DNA of 64,000 nt, taken from Narcine bancroftii (Eukaryota). Position 1 is the first letter of the stretch. Each line of letters opens with the position of its first letter. A program made the position numbers and the translations under genes. A model generated the notes under the pieces. That model did no database searches. It was not told where the DNA came from and worked only from the letters and a program-made list of their open reading frames with translations. The stretch lies in NCBI RefSeq assembly GCF_036971445.1, contig NC_091481.1, positions 13,888,001 to 13,952,000 on the forward strand, in the 5' to 3' direction. Shown here one piece after another: positions 46,801-60,287 of this stretch.

Positions 46801-49800
46801 CAGTAGAGCTAAATTTATCTCAAATCGATTCCATGGATTTGGCAGAATTGTTGGAGCAGTAATTTTGTGGCTGTTATTTTAAATATGACAGTTGTGCACG
46901 TTACTCTGGTTTCTAGTATTAGATTTTTGCTCTGTCCTATGGAACATGGGCTCTTCAGCAAAATGGCTGTATACAAATGCGTTTCATGCTTCTACTTCTC
47001 CTTTCTAATATATCATGTGAATATGTTCTACTTGTGTCTGTACTAGTTGTAGTTATTTGTGGGGCAAGTTAAACAAGTTGGCTAAGGTGTTCCTATGTTT
47101 TCCAGTTTGATTTTACCAATGAGAAAACACTTCTCCATTTATCTTGTCAAATGCTCAAATAACTTGGCTCTTTGGTGGAGAGAAGAGCCTCAAACAGATG
47201 TATCATTCTTAGCAGGATCTTTGACAGCTCATCTGAAAATTTATTCCTACCCTTGTGCTAAATACTTGAATGTCTTGCTAATATTTGAAAATTGTCATAA
47301 TTGTACACAATGCATAAAATGTTCTCCCAACAAATCTCAATATGGTGAACACAGTAACAAGAATAGTTTTCAATTAAGGTGTCACACGACTAACTTCAAT
47401 ATCACACCCACTGTACTTTTCTTCATCTGAACTGTTAACATGTGTGTTCGCCACTTTGTGTGTTCCACTCAGGTTCATGCCTATTGAAAGAACTTCGAGT
47501 TTGCTTGTCTAAAAAGTGAGAAAATAAATTATCTACCGTTTAACCACTACATGCAGTTTTCTTTGGCTTGATCATTGGGTTTATCCTAGAACCATTTTTA
47601 TTTTTTCAATTTATTGAAAATCAAGCTGTGAAAGTTCCTTCCAGTAAGCCATGAGCTCAAGGCTTTCTATTGGAATATGTTTGAAGACTTCCCAGCATAA
47701 ATTGGAGCTGCAACATTCATGAAACAACTGGATTGGCTGTTGTAAGGAATGAAGCCAATTGACTTGCTTTGCATTCAAACACCATTTAAAGGGCCATTGC
47801 TTGGAATGGGACATTTGTGCAATTTTTGAAACCTTACTGAAGGTCACTTGGATGCATCCCAGAGTGTAATCACACCAACAGAGGTTGTCAGAAATTAATT
47901 GCCGAAGAATTTATTTTGTAGTGTCTCGATGCATAATCCATCTTGGAAGAGGATACTTTGAGGTGATATCAACAGAATGGGCTCTTTCCTCTCCCAGTAG
48001 CCATGCTCCTTCCTGGAAGCTTCTACTTGAGGGCCATGATTTTTTTAATGAAATGCAGTCATTTGGAGAATGGGCATCATGAGTTCCAGAAGGGTTGAAA
48101 TGTACCTGGTTTGTCAATATTCAAGAATTGTACTTATAAACTCAGACTTTGGTCAGTGTTGGAACAGGACTGTAAGTTGTCACATCCATACTGACTTTCT
48201 TTGCTTTTCTACACTAATCCCATTTGCCTGCTGCCTAAAATACATCTGGCAGTATGTTCTAGAAATCATCCACTTCAAAGAAACTTTCCCCTACCCTTCC
48301 TCTTGACGTGTCCTTTTTTTGACGGCTAATATGAAGGGAAAAGATTAGCCATGCCTAACTATGCATAATAATTTTAAATATCTCCATCCATGATCCCTCA
48401 ACCTTTTTAGTGCACACTGAAAACATTCCATGCTTATGCACTTGTTCTCCAATACAAGAACTCCCAGGCGAGTCATCTTTGTGTCTCTCCAGCCTTCCTC
48501 TGGTGTGACCAAAATTTTGAGCTACCTCAGTTATTTGGAGAATAGCAGAAAAACTTCCCAACACTTGTCAGGGCATAAAATACATGTGGCATGCTTGCTT
48601 TCATACACTGAAAATCCTTGGAAAATTACAACCAGGGCCTTTAATTTTTCTCTCTTACCTCCACCCCCCCCCCCCCCCCCCGGTGATTTATCCCATCTTA
48701 ATTAGGTAATTTATTTATGTGCAGCCAGCCTTTCCAACAGTTCGTCTTAAACCATTTTTAGATTAAGCATCTGAAATGGGATCCTTTTTAAAACTCAAGC
48801 AGAACTTCCTAAGGGAAGGTGAATTTTTTTTTAGAATGTTCTTGCCCTCCAAGTAATTTTTATTTTTTGGTCTCTGATCAGCTCTTAAGTCTTTGGGTAA
48901 TGAATGCTTCCATATACGTGCCACAGATATAGACATTTTTAGATTCCATATGGTTTCTGAAAATCTGTACCCTTGACCTCTATACCTCTCATTTCTGATT
49001 TTACTTGCACTATGAACTTTCTGCAGGAGCCATTTAAACAAAATTGAAAAGTGTAATGTCTTTCAAAGGTGCTTTTGCTTATCCAAGCAGGGTTACTTTT
49101 AATTTCTCTACCCTTCAATATGGAATATGTTTTCTAAATCTGTTTTCATAAATATGCTTGCATATCTTTCTCTGCATTCATTCCACTATTGGATGCCCTG
49201 TAGGGCTGGTTTGTTGGGGGAGTGGGGGGGGAAACCACTCATTTGTAGCTTGTTTTTCCCAATCTACAGTAATTCTTCATGTTATTTATCCCTTCTGCCA
49301 TTGCATTACCTATCATTAGAATTAGTTTTACCATACCCTTTTCTTTTCAGGTGCACATCATTCTTGAATGCCAAGACAAGTGAAAATAATAACAAGAAAC
49401 CTTCACTTCTAGTTTCACTCCACACGAGTCCAAGGCTGCACCTTGAAACCACACAGGTGCAAGCTGATGTACAAACCATGTGCCAGGAATGATGGCTGTT
49501 GATTTTTGGTTGACAGTGAGGAAGGTAACTTCCAGCTCCATCTGTCTGAAATCTTCAGCCATGTGAGTTTGTAGCAGAATTCATACAGTATGTGTTCTCC
49601 AAATGTATCTTTTGCCTTCCCATGCCCCACCAGTCTCCCAACCCAGTGAGATCCACAGGGCTGACTGCAGAAGTGCAGATGCTAGAATCTTGAACAGCAA
49701 GTTGCTGGGGGAAGTTCAATGGATCAGGCATGGTTAGAAATGGTCATTCAGCACTTTGGGTCCGCAGAGCCACTTTTCTCTGAAAAGCACTCAGTAATTT

Positions 49801-52044
49801 AAGGTGGTGGATTGTGTTGGCTTGTCCAAATGCTGAACATAAGATTCAATTTATTGTGATTATAATAAAACCGTGTCATACTATGTGAAATTACTTTTGC
49901 CTGCTTTAAGGCAGACAGATTTGCCATTGGCAGAAATTGCCTGGAGTACCTCTTACAGTCGGAGAAAGAGAAGCAAAAGAGAGTCCCCCTAGAGTCACGG
50001 AGTGTCAATAGATTTGCCTCCAGTGCTTCGACAGCCACGTCCAAACCATTTGCAACCCAAGCTCCAGATGTGAACCTCTGACACAGTCAGGAACCCTTCA
50101 GCACCCCCTTGCATCCTGGTTCTGATACTTGGTACCCCTTCAACCAGTTTGGAACCAGTCTCCAGCAATCCACAGCCTGGTGTAAGTCTGACAGCAGCCC
50201 ACAGCCTCCATGGGTTCTTCACCTTGAATTGCCAGCAACCCATCGCTGGTCTGTCGATGTGGTCCCGTGAGTTGTCTTCTCAGATGGGGTGGTCTCCCTG
50301 TTTTCTAGTGCCTTGTTCCAGTTCTCCACTCTCCTGGAGTCTGCAACAGCTTCTGGCTACTGCTGATCATCAGTGCTGCCAATTTGGGCGCAGACCCTGC
50401 AGTCATGGGATTTTATATCAAATTACTGTCTACTCCTTTAATGGCCATTCAAAGCCTGTGCAGAGCTGACAGCAGTTGACTGGGCATTTGGACCCTGCAG
50501 GAGTGCTATATCTGCTCCTCGCTCCCCATGGGTCTGCACCAGCAGCAGTGCTACCATTACAGCCAGAGCACTACTCCAGCACCTCAACACTCCAGGTGCC
50601 CCCTCCCCCCTTAGTTGAGCACTATTCTGGATATAAAAAGTAAGGTACCCGTTTCTACCACGTCTGGTTGTCCTCCTTTCTCGTCCAACTGTTCACTTCA
50701 ATTATACAAAGCCAAATACAACAGGGTGGCCACCAAGGCTAGGTCGCACGAGACCTCCTTGTTGCCACTTTTGGTCCACTCCAGCACCTAAATAAAAAAA
50801 AAAAAAATTAGCACTGGACTCCTACAGTGGCTCAGGCAGCGTCTCCATTTTCTCAATGAGCATCACAAATGAGCTCTTTCAGATTTTGTTTGGCTTTTAT
50901 TGATTAAATTATGGCATATCTGGAAAGGGCAGAGTTTGATATTGACTAATATTTACCATTAGCGAGGTGGTGGGGGAGAGAGATGAGCAAATTTCTCACA
51001 TGAAGCACCACATTGTGGGGGTAGGGTGTTCCAGGATTTAAACCTGGTGATGATGAAGGAATTTCTCCAAACCAACCTGAGTGGAATCATCACCCGGAGC
51101 AGAATGGTGATGTTACTGTGCACCTGCTCTCCTTATCCACATTGCAAGGAGCCACCCAACCTTAAGTAATTAGGTGTTGTTTTGAATATACTTGTACACT
51201 GCAGAAAATATAAAGGTCCTGTTCATCAATACAAACCAATGGCTATGATTTTAACCAATAGGTTACTCTGAGGTTGGTACATCAGAGCAAAGGATATCTG
51301 TCCAGGTTCCTGATTTTTTTAAAAAAAAACAGGCCATGTTTTGGATCAGTGAGCTTCATTACTAATTTCTCCCTCCACTGTTACTGCATGATCTGCTTCT
51401 ATTTTTATTCCTGATCCTGATCAGGATTTAGAAACTTTCATCAAAATTAATTATGGATGCAATAACTCCACCTCAGGACATATCAACGTGTCACTGATGC
51501 TTCTGACATTGAGCTGTTGGGAGGAGAACACAGCTGTTGGTTTTCTGTTTCTCTTGTGTGCAGCAGGTAACAGCTCTCGGGTTGTACTGTTATTGGCCTC
51601 TGATTTGCAACCAGTCCAGAAAGAAACTCCTGGACTGAACAGCAACTTTGAGTGTGCTAATTAGGAAGTAAGAGTGAGAAGAATTAATGTACCCAGGTGG
51701 ATCGAAGTGGTGCAGAGTTGTTATTCTCACTTTTGCTTCACTTTCACTATTTAGAGAATTCCTCAATCCTAGGGTTCAATCTTCCTTCCTTGCATTGATT
51801 GAAGAGTGGGGCGAGGCACAACTTCTTCCTTGCCCACGTATTGTTTGCATTTTCCTTTTGCTTCACTCCAGTGTGACGGGCCAGGTTCCAAACCATCAGG
51901 TGGAGGTTAAAGAAAATAACTAATTTTTCAGTAGCCGTGCTGTTGCCTCTGCAGTGCAGAGGTGGCAAGAAGCAACAGTGCAGCGGGAATTCTGCTAGAA
52001 ACTGGACACATAGACCCAAACACACCACTCAAGATGTAAGTCTC

Positions 52045-52050
52045 TTTATT
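52045..52050 (-). terminator. Probable polyadenylation signal of the C-type lectin gene
   Basis: AATAAA on the minus strand about 110 nt downstream of the TAG stop. Confidence 0.55.
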
Positions 52051-52157
52051 GTTGGTAAAGAAATGGAGTACAATTGCCAGATAGTGAGAGGGGTTCTAAA
52101 GATATCAAAGCACTGAATCCACTGTTGGAAAGAAGGAATGGATCATTTAGATGTCTT

Positions 52158-55100
52158 CTAACTGCACCTCACTTTGTAGGAACAAACAAAAGCAAATTTC
52201 TTGTCACAGACTTCATCATTCCAAGTCCCATCACCTAGAGGCAGGGAAAATAAATCCACCATTTATCAAGGGAAACAAAACCTGCAGAAAGTGGAATCTT
52301 GAGTGAACAAAAAGAAGCTGAAAAACTCAGCAGGTCAGGAAGTACCAATGGAAAGAAAAGGACTGTCAACAATTTGGGTCAGGACCCTTTATTGAATCTG
52401 TTCAACTCCTTTGTTCACTGCCCCATCTACTTGTTTGTGCATTGGAAAAATTGTTGAATATTGCCTGAAATCTGAAATAAATGTTACACTTACGGAAATA
52501 GTTCATGTTCACACAATGTTCCTCGTTTCTAAGGTTATTAGGTTCACCCTTAGCCCAGTTTTGGTAATCCAGTGAAGATCCATCAATCCAGTTGAAAGTC
52601 CCTTCCTGCAGGGTGTATAAATCAGAATGCTGAGTAACCTATCACTTAACAGTACAGGGAGGAACTGTTCCTGAGCCAATGTGAGTCCAGAATATGACCA
52701 GACAGGACAAATGGGGCAAGTACAGATTTATTGTCAGAATGAATGAAGCTTGAAGTTGGCTTGGTGGGGAAATCTTATGAAATTAATGGAATCCTTGACA
52801 AGTTAACACTGAAGGTGAAAACACATTTCCAGGGGAAGCATCAGAATTGAGGGGTCATATTTACAAAGGTGAAACCAAACTGAGCTCATTCATCCGTCAG
52901 TGACCAAGGGTTACCTCTGCTTCCTCCTCCCCCCACCCCCCCCATGTCTGTTGGCTGTAAAAGTGGAGCAGAACTACAGTTAACCCTTGGATGTTAAAGG
53001 CAGGTGATTGTGTTTGGGGGGGCGGGGGGAGGAGGTGAGGAGTCACTGGGATCCTTCATGGAGATGTCAGAAGGTTATGTGGAGAAATGTTTCCACATGG
53101 TGCAGTTGAAAATCAAGGGCCATAAATATTGAAGACACTGATTGCTCCAGTAGGATTCTCTCGAGAAACCCTTTCTCCGGAGTGTTTAGGATGTTGTTCA
53201 TGATGGGAAGGGCTCATTGAGATGGATCAGAATCTTTAAGGGAAAGATGGAGAAGCTCATGAGGGGCAGCATGTTAGTGCAATGCTTTTACAGCGCCAAT
53301 GAAACATTTAGAAAGGGAAGTCCTACTGATGGTGTTGGTTGAAGTAAGTGAGAGGACGCTCATGTGGAGCATGAATATGGACATGGGCCGGATCAGCATT
53401 TATTGTTCTTCCCTAACCACTAAGTTCACTAAGATGATTTGGGGAAGGAAAGGGTTATTGTATGAGGTACATTTGATAGCTCTTCGCCTGTATTCATTGG
53501 AATTTAGGAGAATGAGGGGGGCATCTCATTGAAACATTTTGAATGCTGAAAGGTATGGACAGAGTCGATGTAACAAGGTTGGTTCCCACGATGGATGAGT
53601 CTAGGGCAAGGTGGCACAACTGAACAGAAATGTGATGAAATTTCTTCAGCCAGAGAGTGGTAATTCTGTGGAATTTGTGGCTATAGGCAGTTGTGGAGGC
53701 CAGATCATTGGGTGTATTTAAGACTGAGATTGATAGGTTCTTGGTTAGCCATGGCATCGAAGATTATGGGGAGAAGGCCGAATAGTGGGGCTGTGAGGAA
53801 ACGGACTAGCTCATGATTAAATGGTGGGGCAGACTCAATGGGCTGAATAACCTATTTCTGCTTCTATTTCTTGTGGTCTGACCATTTCAGAGACCAGGTC
53901 AGAGTGAATATGCTGATGGATCTTTGGAGATACATTGAGCTCAGACTGGGGAAGGAGGGCAGATTTCTGACCCTGAATAACAAAAATGAACCAGATAACA
54001 AACAAAAAAGCTGCAGATACTGGAATCGTGAGCAACTAATGAGCCTCTGGAGGAGCTCAGCAAGGCAGGCAGCATCCGCGGATAGAAATGGTCAGACAGT
54101 GTTTTGGGTCGGGCCTTTAACAAGATTAAAGTACAGAGCTCTGATACCAAGTATATTGAGTTTCACTGTAATTACCACGAATGGCAACATTTACTTGGAT
54201 CCAAATTCTCCTGCTGCTGGGATGGGATTCAAACTCGTGTCGCTGGAACAAGTTAACTGCTCCACTGCCACACCCCTTTGCAGGACATCACGTGTGACCT
54301 TGTGGAGGTAAAGTAACCTGCCATCGCTAACTTTACCTTGCATCTGTCATTCAGGCCAATCCAAGTGATTGGCATGTTTCTGTTCACTGCGTAGATTATG
54401 TCCAATATGAACTCCTGGTGATCTTCTGAGTTCACAGACGCCAGATGTCCATAATTTGAGCGGTGATTGCAGAACTCCTTTGAAAAAAGTAAATAATTTA
54501 ATCTGTTGCTGAGTATAATCATCGCTCATTTTACAAGCCTCTCTGTAAATCATCCAACGTGGTGTTGGACCTTATTCAGTTGAAATAGAGTTCTTGCTCT
54601 TCAAACTCTTTGGTATTGAAACCAGCACTTTGTTAACTTCTGAATGTGGAGTCTCCCCTAAAATTCCCAACATTTCACCCCTTGATCTGACCAATACAAA
54701 CGAGAGCTCAGGACTGCAGTGAGGTGCCCTCTGGAACATGAGGACTCATCGCAGGCAATTCAACTGGAGGCTGTGCTGTGACTGTAGGTGGGGGTGGGAG
54801 GGTGAGGGATGAAGCAACCGAGACCAATATTCCCCAGACCTCCCAGAGCAATCACTGGGTTCATGGACTTACCTCAGCATCCCACCATGTTCTGCTGTCA
54901 CAGAAAAACCTGTAACAGGAGTTTAAAGGTGGAAAATGAAACCAGTTTTCATCACAGGGTCCGTTGACTATTTCACGTTTTTCAAGATCCAGCTGAATCT
55001 CCTCACCTTCAAAGGAATTAAAAGTTAAACTAAATGCAGTCTAGAAGACAGCACCTTGTATTCTGATTAGGAAGTGCACACCCCAATGATATGAACCTTG

Positions 55101-57588
55101 AATTTTCCAGAGTCAGGTAACCTAAACCCACTGCTCCTCACAATTTCTCTCATATCTCTGTCCTTAGATACAGTCTTAACCAGAATCATCGAGTAATGTT
55201 TGCCTTAACAATGGAGGATTGATCCACTGAATTCATCCACCAGTTTGTTTTTTTTTTGAACAACAATCAAAGCACCAATCACAGTCCTGGAGAACTGACG
55301 GAGACACAGAAGTTTACCAATGATTCTCTCCCGCAGCTTGATGCCAGAGAACTGAAGGGTGGAGGAGAGGCTCCATTGTAGGAAAAAAGGTCAAGGGTTA
55401 ACCAAACACTGCCTTGTCAGAGAGGATTTGGTTGAGTGGCAGGAAGGTCCAAGTCGTAGGGCTCCACACTCTGCTGCACAGGCTTTTAGTGTGCACAGAC
55501 ACACACATCCACCACCCCCCCCCCTCCCAGACCACCCACCCACTCTCCTGTTCACAGACACATCTTGTACACTCTGACCCCTTTCCCTGAGCTGTCTCCC
55601 AAGGACACTGACTGACGGTGATAAAGAGAATGGTAGGTTGCTGTATCAATAGGAGATAGTGTAGTACAAGCCGAACACTTCCACTGAGTCACTGGAATGG
55701 TTGAAAAGACAAAACCAAAGACCGTGAGTATATATTCACATTCGTGACATGATTGACAAATATGTGCCACAAGTGCAAGTTAATGCATTCACCCAAAAAT
55801 GTGTTAACAAAGTAACTAAGGTTTGGAATTACACATTTCTGGATAGTTTTAGTAAAGATAAGTAAAATGAAAAGACAATAAATTATTGGGATAAAGACTA
55901 TGGAGAGACAGGATCTTAGATCAGAAACAAGATGTTTGGGTGGAGCTGAGAAACAAGGGACGTTGGTTGGATTAATCTGTAATGTGAGGTTTGGTATATT
56001 GTCAGGAAAGGCACATTCAGGATGGGTAATGGTGTAATCATGAAGGACTCTGACCAAACCAAATCAGCAATAATCATGTAGGAGATATATTAGTCCAGCA
56101 TTGTGCAACTAGAGAGTTATTAAATAATCTTGTCATTAACGTCCCTTTAAGGAATTATGTGTAAGGATTGAAAATTATTGTAATCAACCCAAAAACAAGG
56201 CCTTGAAACTAAAGAAAGTGGCAGAGAGAATGGTGGGTACTTGTGTCAATCAGAGATAACAATACAAAGGTAAACACTTACACTGAGTCACTGGAATGGT
56301 TAAAAGAGGCATGAGTTCACTTTGATAGGTTGGCTGATGAGAAACTAATGAAGAAATGTCGTGAAGCTTGGCTAATATTTGAAGAATTTATCCTCTATAA
56401 TAAATAGTGTTGATAGTGATTTTGTTCTTTGAAGGAGTCAGTCTGATCATCAAATCACCCATAACTATAACTTTTCTCCTTATATTTCACTCCCCACCCC
56501 AAGGACTGTTTCACCACCACTTCCCTCCTCCCACCCATTGGCAATAGTCAAAGAATTTCATGTATGTTACATTCTAAATGTAGTATTACATGGCAATAAT
56601 GGAACCTTTACCTTTACTCTGGACATCCTCCATGCAGCCTTCACCCTTACAGATAGATGGTAAGCACACAACACTCGGTGCATTGGACCAGTGGCTGCAA
56701 AACGCTCTCTCTCCTGCAACTTTCATCATGGAATAATCGCTGTCTCTTGATGACTGGGACAGTCTCTCACTCATCTTCCAACTCAATATCTCTGAGGCAG
56801 AGTATCCCAGGTAAAGGACATTTCCTACCACATCCTGACTTCTCATAACAATGTATAGTAAATGTATTTTATGGCTGCTTGAGACTTGCTTTTACAATGC
56901 CTAACTAATACACCTGTATTAAGAATAAACACTTTAAAGGACAAAAATACAATACTGTACTTGCACTGAATAAATTTCACTTTCATGAATATATAAACCT
57001 TAAAGCATTTTACTTTATTTTCAGTCACATTCTTTGAAAACATACGACCGTCGCTGCATCTGCAGTTCCCCCACCTCCACAGAGCTACCCAAAAGACAAA
57101 CAATAACATGATAAATAATTAACCACCACCCCCCCCCCCCCCCATCCCCACCTCCCCCAAGTTTACAGATAAAGCCTCTGACCAGGGCGACTCTTACTAA
57201 GCAGGGATAAGGAGAGTCACCCCAACGGCGAGCAGCATCAAACAGCTCTTCATCCTGGGCGACGCCATTGCTGTTTCACACAACTTTAAACAGCTGCTTT
57301 GAGCAAAGCACGACCAAGGCCCTCCGCTGGCTGAATATTTGCTCCCATCTTCTCCAAAGGTTTATGTGTTACTTCAGAGAACATTTACTCTTACAGTGTT
57401 ATCTTTTACTTATTATTTGATTCTAAATTATTTTAATTTTAAAATTTATTTTCCTTGTTTTTTTGCCGGTTGCTTGAATTCCGGATACCAAGGGTTTTGC
57501 TATACTTCTCAAGCCCCTGGGATTGATGGACCTTACCTGCCATATCACAGGCAAGCAGTACAGTTAGCACCAGAACCGACTCCAACAT
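52158..57588 (-). CDS. Secreted single-domain C-type lectin (EPN/WND type), about 171-174 aa
   Basis: Exons: 57588-57537 (signal peptide MLESVLVLTVLLACDMA), optional 9-nt microexon 56290-56282, 55006-54873 (EEIQLDLEKREIVNGPCDENWFHFPPLNSCYRFFCDSRTWWDAE), 54477-54337 (EFCNHRSNYGHLASVNSEDHQEFILDIIYAVNRNMPITWIGLNDRCK), 52605-52494 (EGTFNWIDGSSLDYQNWAKGEPNNLRNEEHCVNMNYF), 52234-52158 (RDGTWNDEVCDKKFAFVCSYKVRCS*). GT-AG boundaries and consistent phases; WIGL, EPN and WND motifs present. Further small exons in 55007-57536 cannot be excluded. Confidence 0.9.
53420..53875 (+). mobile_element. CR1-like LINE 3' fragment in a lectin intron
   Basis: Peptide LYSLEFRRMRG...; nucleotide tail gagattgataggttcttggttag...ttatggggagaagg. 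Confidence 0.8.
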
Positions 57589-58149
57589 CACGTTCCCTCA
57601 AACCTGTAACAGAAGAAAATGATTCATCATTAGTGTCAGGTTTCACAGTGAAGGTGGGACAACCTGCTGCCATTCCCACCTCTCTCACTCTCTCGCAACT
57701 TTCTGTGTCGATGAGGTGTCCGGTGCTGTTGTAACCCTTTAAATGTGTGGTTCTTATATCTTGGAGACTTTTGGAGCTGTGAAATTAAACCCAATTTGCT
57801 GGACCAATCTTCATGAAAACTACTGCTGATCAATCAATGACTGACAGATTAGAACAAGATGAACAGTATTTGGCCAAAGCAGACATAATCAACATTTAAG
57901 ATACAGAGTAGGCATTGATACAACCAAGAACTAGTCTCCATGAACTATTTCAAAATGTAAAGTACAAGCTGTAATCAGCGTTGGAATGAAAAGAACAGCT
58001 ATTTGTAAACAAACAGTATGGTCCACAGATCACAGCCCCGTCCCACAGCAGGAGACTGCTCGCGAGACACTGGCATGACCATGAGACAATCTTGGCTGCA
58101 TCAGCCAAATGTAAGACAATGGGACTCCGTACAGCACAGAAATAGACTA

Positions 58150-59040
58150 TTTGACCCAAGATTAAACTCTATCTCGAGAGACAAGGTTTTTACAGATATT
58201 TTTTACAAACCTACCAACTCCTACAACTACATTCTTCACATCCAGTTCCCTGCAAGGATTCTATTCCTTTCTCTCAATTCCTTCGTCTTCATCGTATCTG
58301 CTCCCAAGATGAGGTCTTCCAGTTCAGATCACCTGAAATGTCCTCCTTCCCCTCTACCACACATTACCCTCTGCAATTTCCGTGATGATTCCACCACCAG
58401 ACACATCTTCCCCTCTCCGCCTTCTGTTGGGGCTGCACGCTCCGTGACTTTCTCATCCACTCATCCCTTCCCACCAATCGCCCCCATGGGATCTTCTCTT
58501 GCGGCTGCAGGAAATGCCACACTTGCGCCCACACCTCCTCCCTTACCACCATTTAGAACCCCAAACAACCCTTCCGAATGAAGCAATGACAGAGATCTCT
58601 CAGTGGGCAACCATTTTAATTCTGCGCCCCAGTCCCGTGCTGACCTAACTATCCATGGCCTCATCCTGTCAATCTGAGGCCATCTGTAACTTGGAGGAAC
58701 AACACCTAATATTCCATTTGTGCACTTTCCCACCAGATGGCATTAACTTCGAATTCTCCGGTTTCAGCTAACCCAATCCTCGTTCTCCCTCTCTTCCACG
58801 GCCTTTTGTTACTCCAGTGCTCCACCCCTTCCCTCTCTATTCACAGAGCTATCCCCATCCCCCTGCTTGCTGGTTTCCCCTCCCTCCCTTATCCAACTAT
58901 TACCTCCTGCCTGAGGACTTGTGGTCCTTCCCACCACCATTTTGTTTGGGCATCTGCCTACATTTTGCTCATACCTTGACAAAGGGGCTCAAGCCTGAAA
59001 TATTTGTTAAGTATCTTTACCTTTGCACTATAAAGTACAA
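58150..59040 (+). mobile_element. Penelope-like element remnant
   Basis: TDIFYKPTNSYNY, a C-terminal LEEQHLIFH.. peptide from the GIY-YIG region, and the tail tgacaaaggggctcaagcctgaaa. Confidence 0.7.
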
Positions 59041-59412
59041 AGGGAAGGGGACCCATAAACTTTGAGCAGATTTCTGGAGGTGGGGGGGGGGGGGGTGCGG
59101 GATGCATAGCCAAAAAAAATTCAGAATGGCTGATTACATTTTAAATGTAAATTTAGACACATAATACTGCACAGTAAAGGGCCCTTCTGGTCCATAAGCC
59201 TGTGCTGACCAATGAACCTACAACCCCCCTCTCCGGTACATTTCGAACAGTGGGAGGAAACCCAAGCAGACATGGGGAGAACATACAAATTTCTTACAGA
59301 CAGTGTGGTCCCAATTGCTGGTGCTGGAATGGTGTTGTGCTAACCATGCCACCCAAATGATGTAGGGGACACATTCACCAAGTGTGTTTGTGATAGGTGA
59401 CAGACCAGTATC

Positions 59413-60287
59413 TGTTACGACACAAACCAGCAGCAATAGAAATTCGCCAAGACAGCGTTACTTTAAAAATAATATTTTATTATTAATTACTGATAATATA
59501 ACACCTTATCTAATTTTTCTAACTTATCTAAATGTAATTCTAAACTATGTGTGAAGTATATGTGTGTGTGTATATGTGATAATCAAAACCATTACAGCTT
59601 AGACACAATTCTGGAAAGTCATTCCAAAGTCGGTTTTAGACATTCCAGTGTTGACACGAAGACTCTTAAACTAATAAAAATAAGTAATTATGAATGAGGT
59701 GGGAAAGATTGAGGGACTGCAGAAAATTCACAAATCCTGGTCGAGTTGCTCCCAGAATGAATGTCCTTTCAGACGAGTGGTTGTCAAGACTCCTCTTTTC
59801 CTTTTGTGGGGGTGACCAAACATTTGACTTAAATGAGGCTTCTAAAAACCCTGGCAAGGGTCAGTCGAAATAACCAGCGCATTGGTCGCAATCCGATGAA
59901 ACAAGTCTACTGCTTCCTTTACCCACCTATGGGTCAAACAAAGTGACTTTTCCTTTGGTCACTGTGAGGTTCAATAATTCCCCAAACGGAGCCACTCCAG
60001 CACAGTGTTCCTTCACATGGCTGCTGCTCACTCAGTGCTGATCCTTTTAAAATGGCTGCTGACCATAAAATGTCTGTTCCTTTAAGTGTATCTCTTACAT
60101 GACTCTTCCTACCTGTGCCCCTGGAAAAGCAACACATTTCCTCTCTTCTCTTCAAAAGTAGCGAAGTTGGTACTTGCTGTACAAGTTGTTGCCATCTCCA
60201 GTCTCTCTAAAGCTGTGCAGGGTTGCAGCTTGGTTTGTTAACCCTTAAAGTGACATTCACACAAAAATAAAATGGGACCTCATAATA
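59413..60287. mobile_element. Solo-LTR-like element, copy 2
   Basis: Termini TGTTACGA...TCATAATA form a decayed TG...CA short inverted repeat. Minus-strand AATAAA near 59476. Homologous to 26200-27032. Confidence 0.65.

Noticed and set aside
51747-51930. Second lectin-like fragment (WSEAKGKCKQ) on the minus strand
   Set aside because: Short motif only, with no WIGL/WND context or splice support, and it lies beyond the lectin poly(A) signal.
54478-54690. Extension of lectin exon 3 upstream, as in ORF 54253..54522
   Set aside because: In-frame stops occur upstream, and a clear acceptor (ttacttttttcaaag) at 54478 gives the correct phase.
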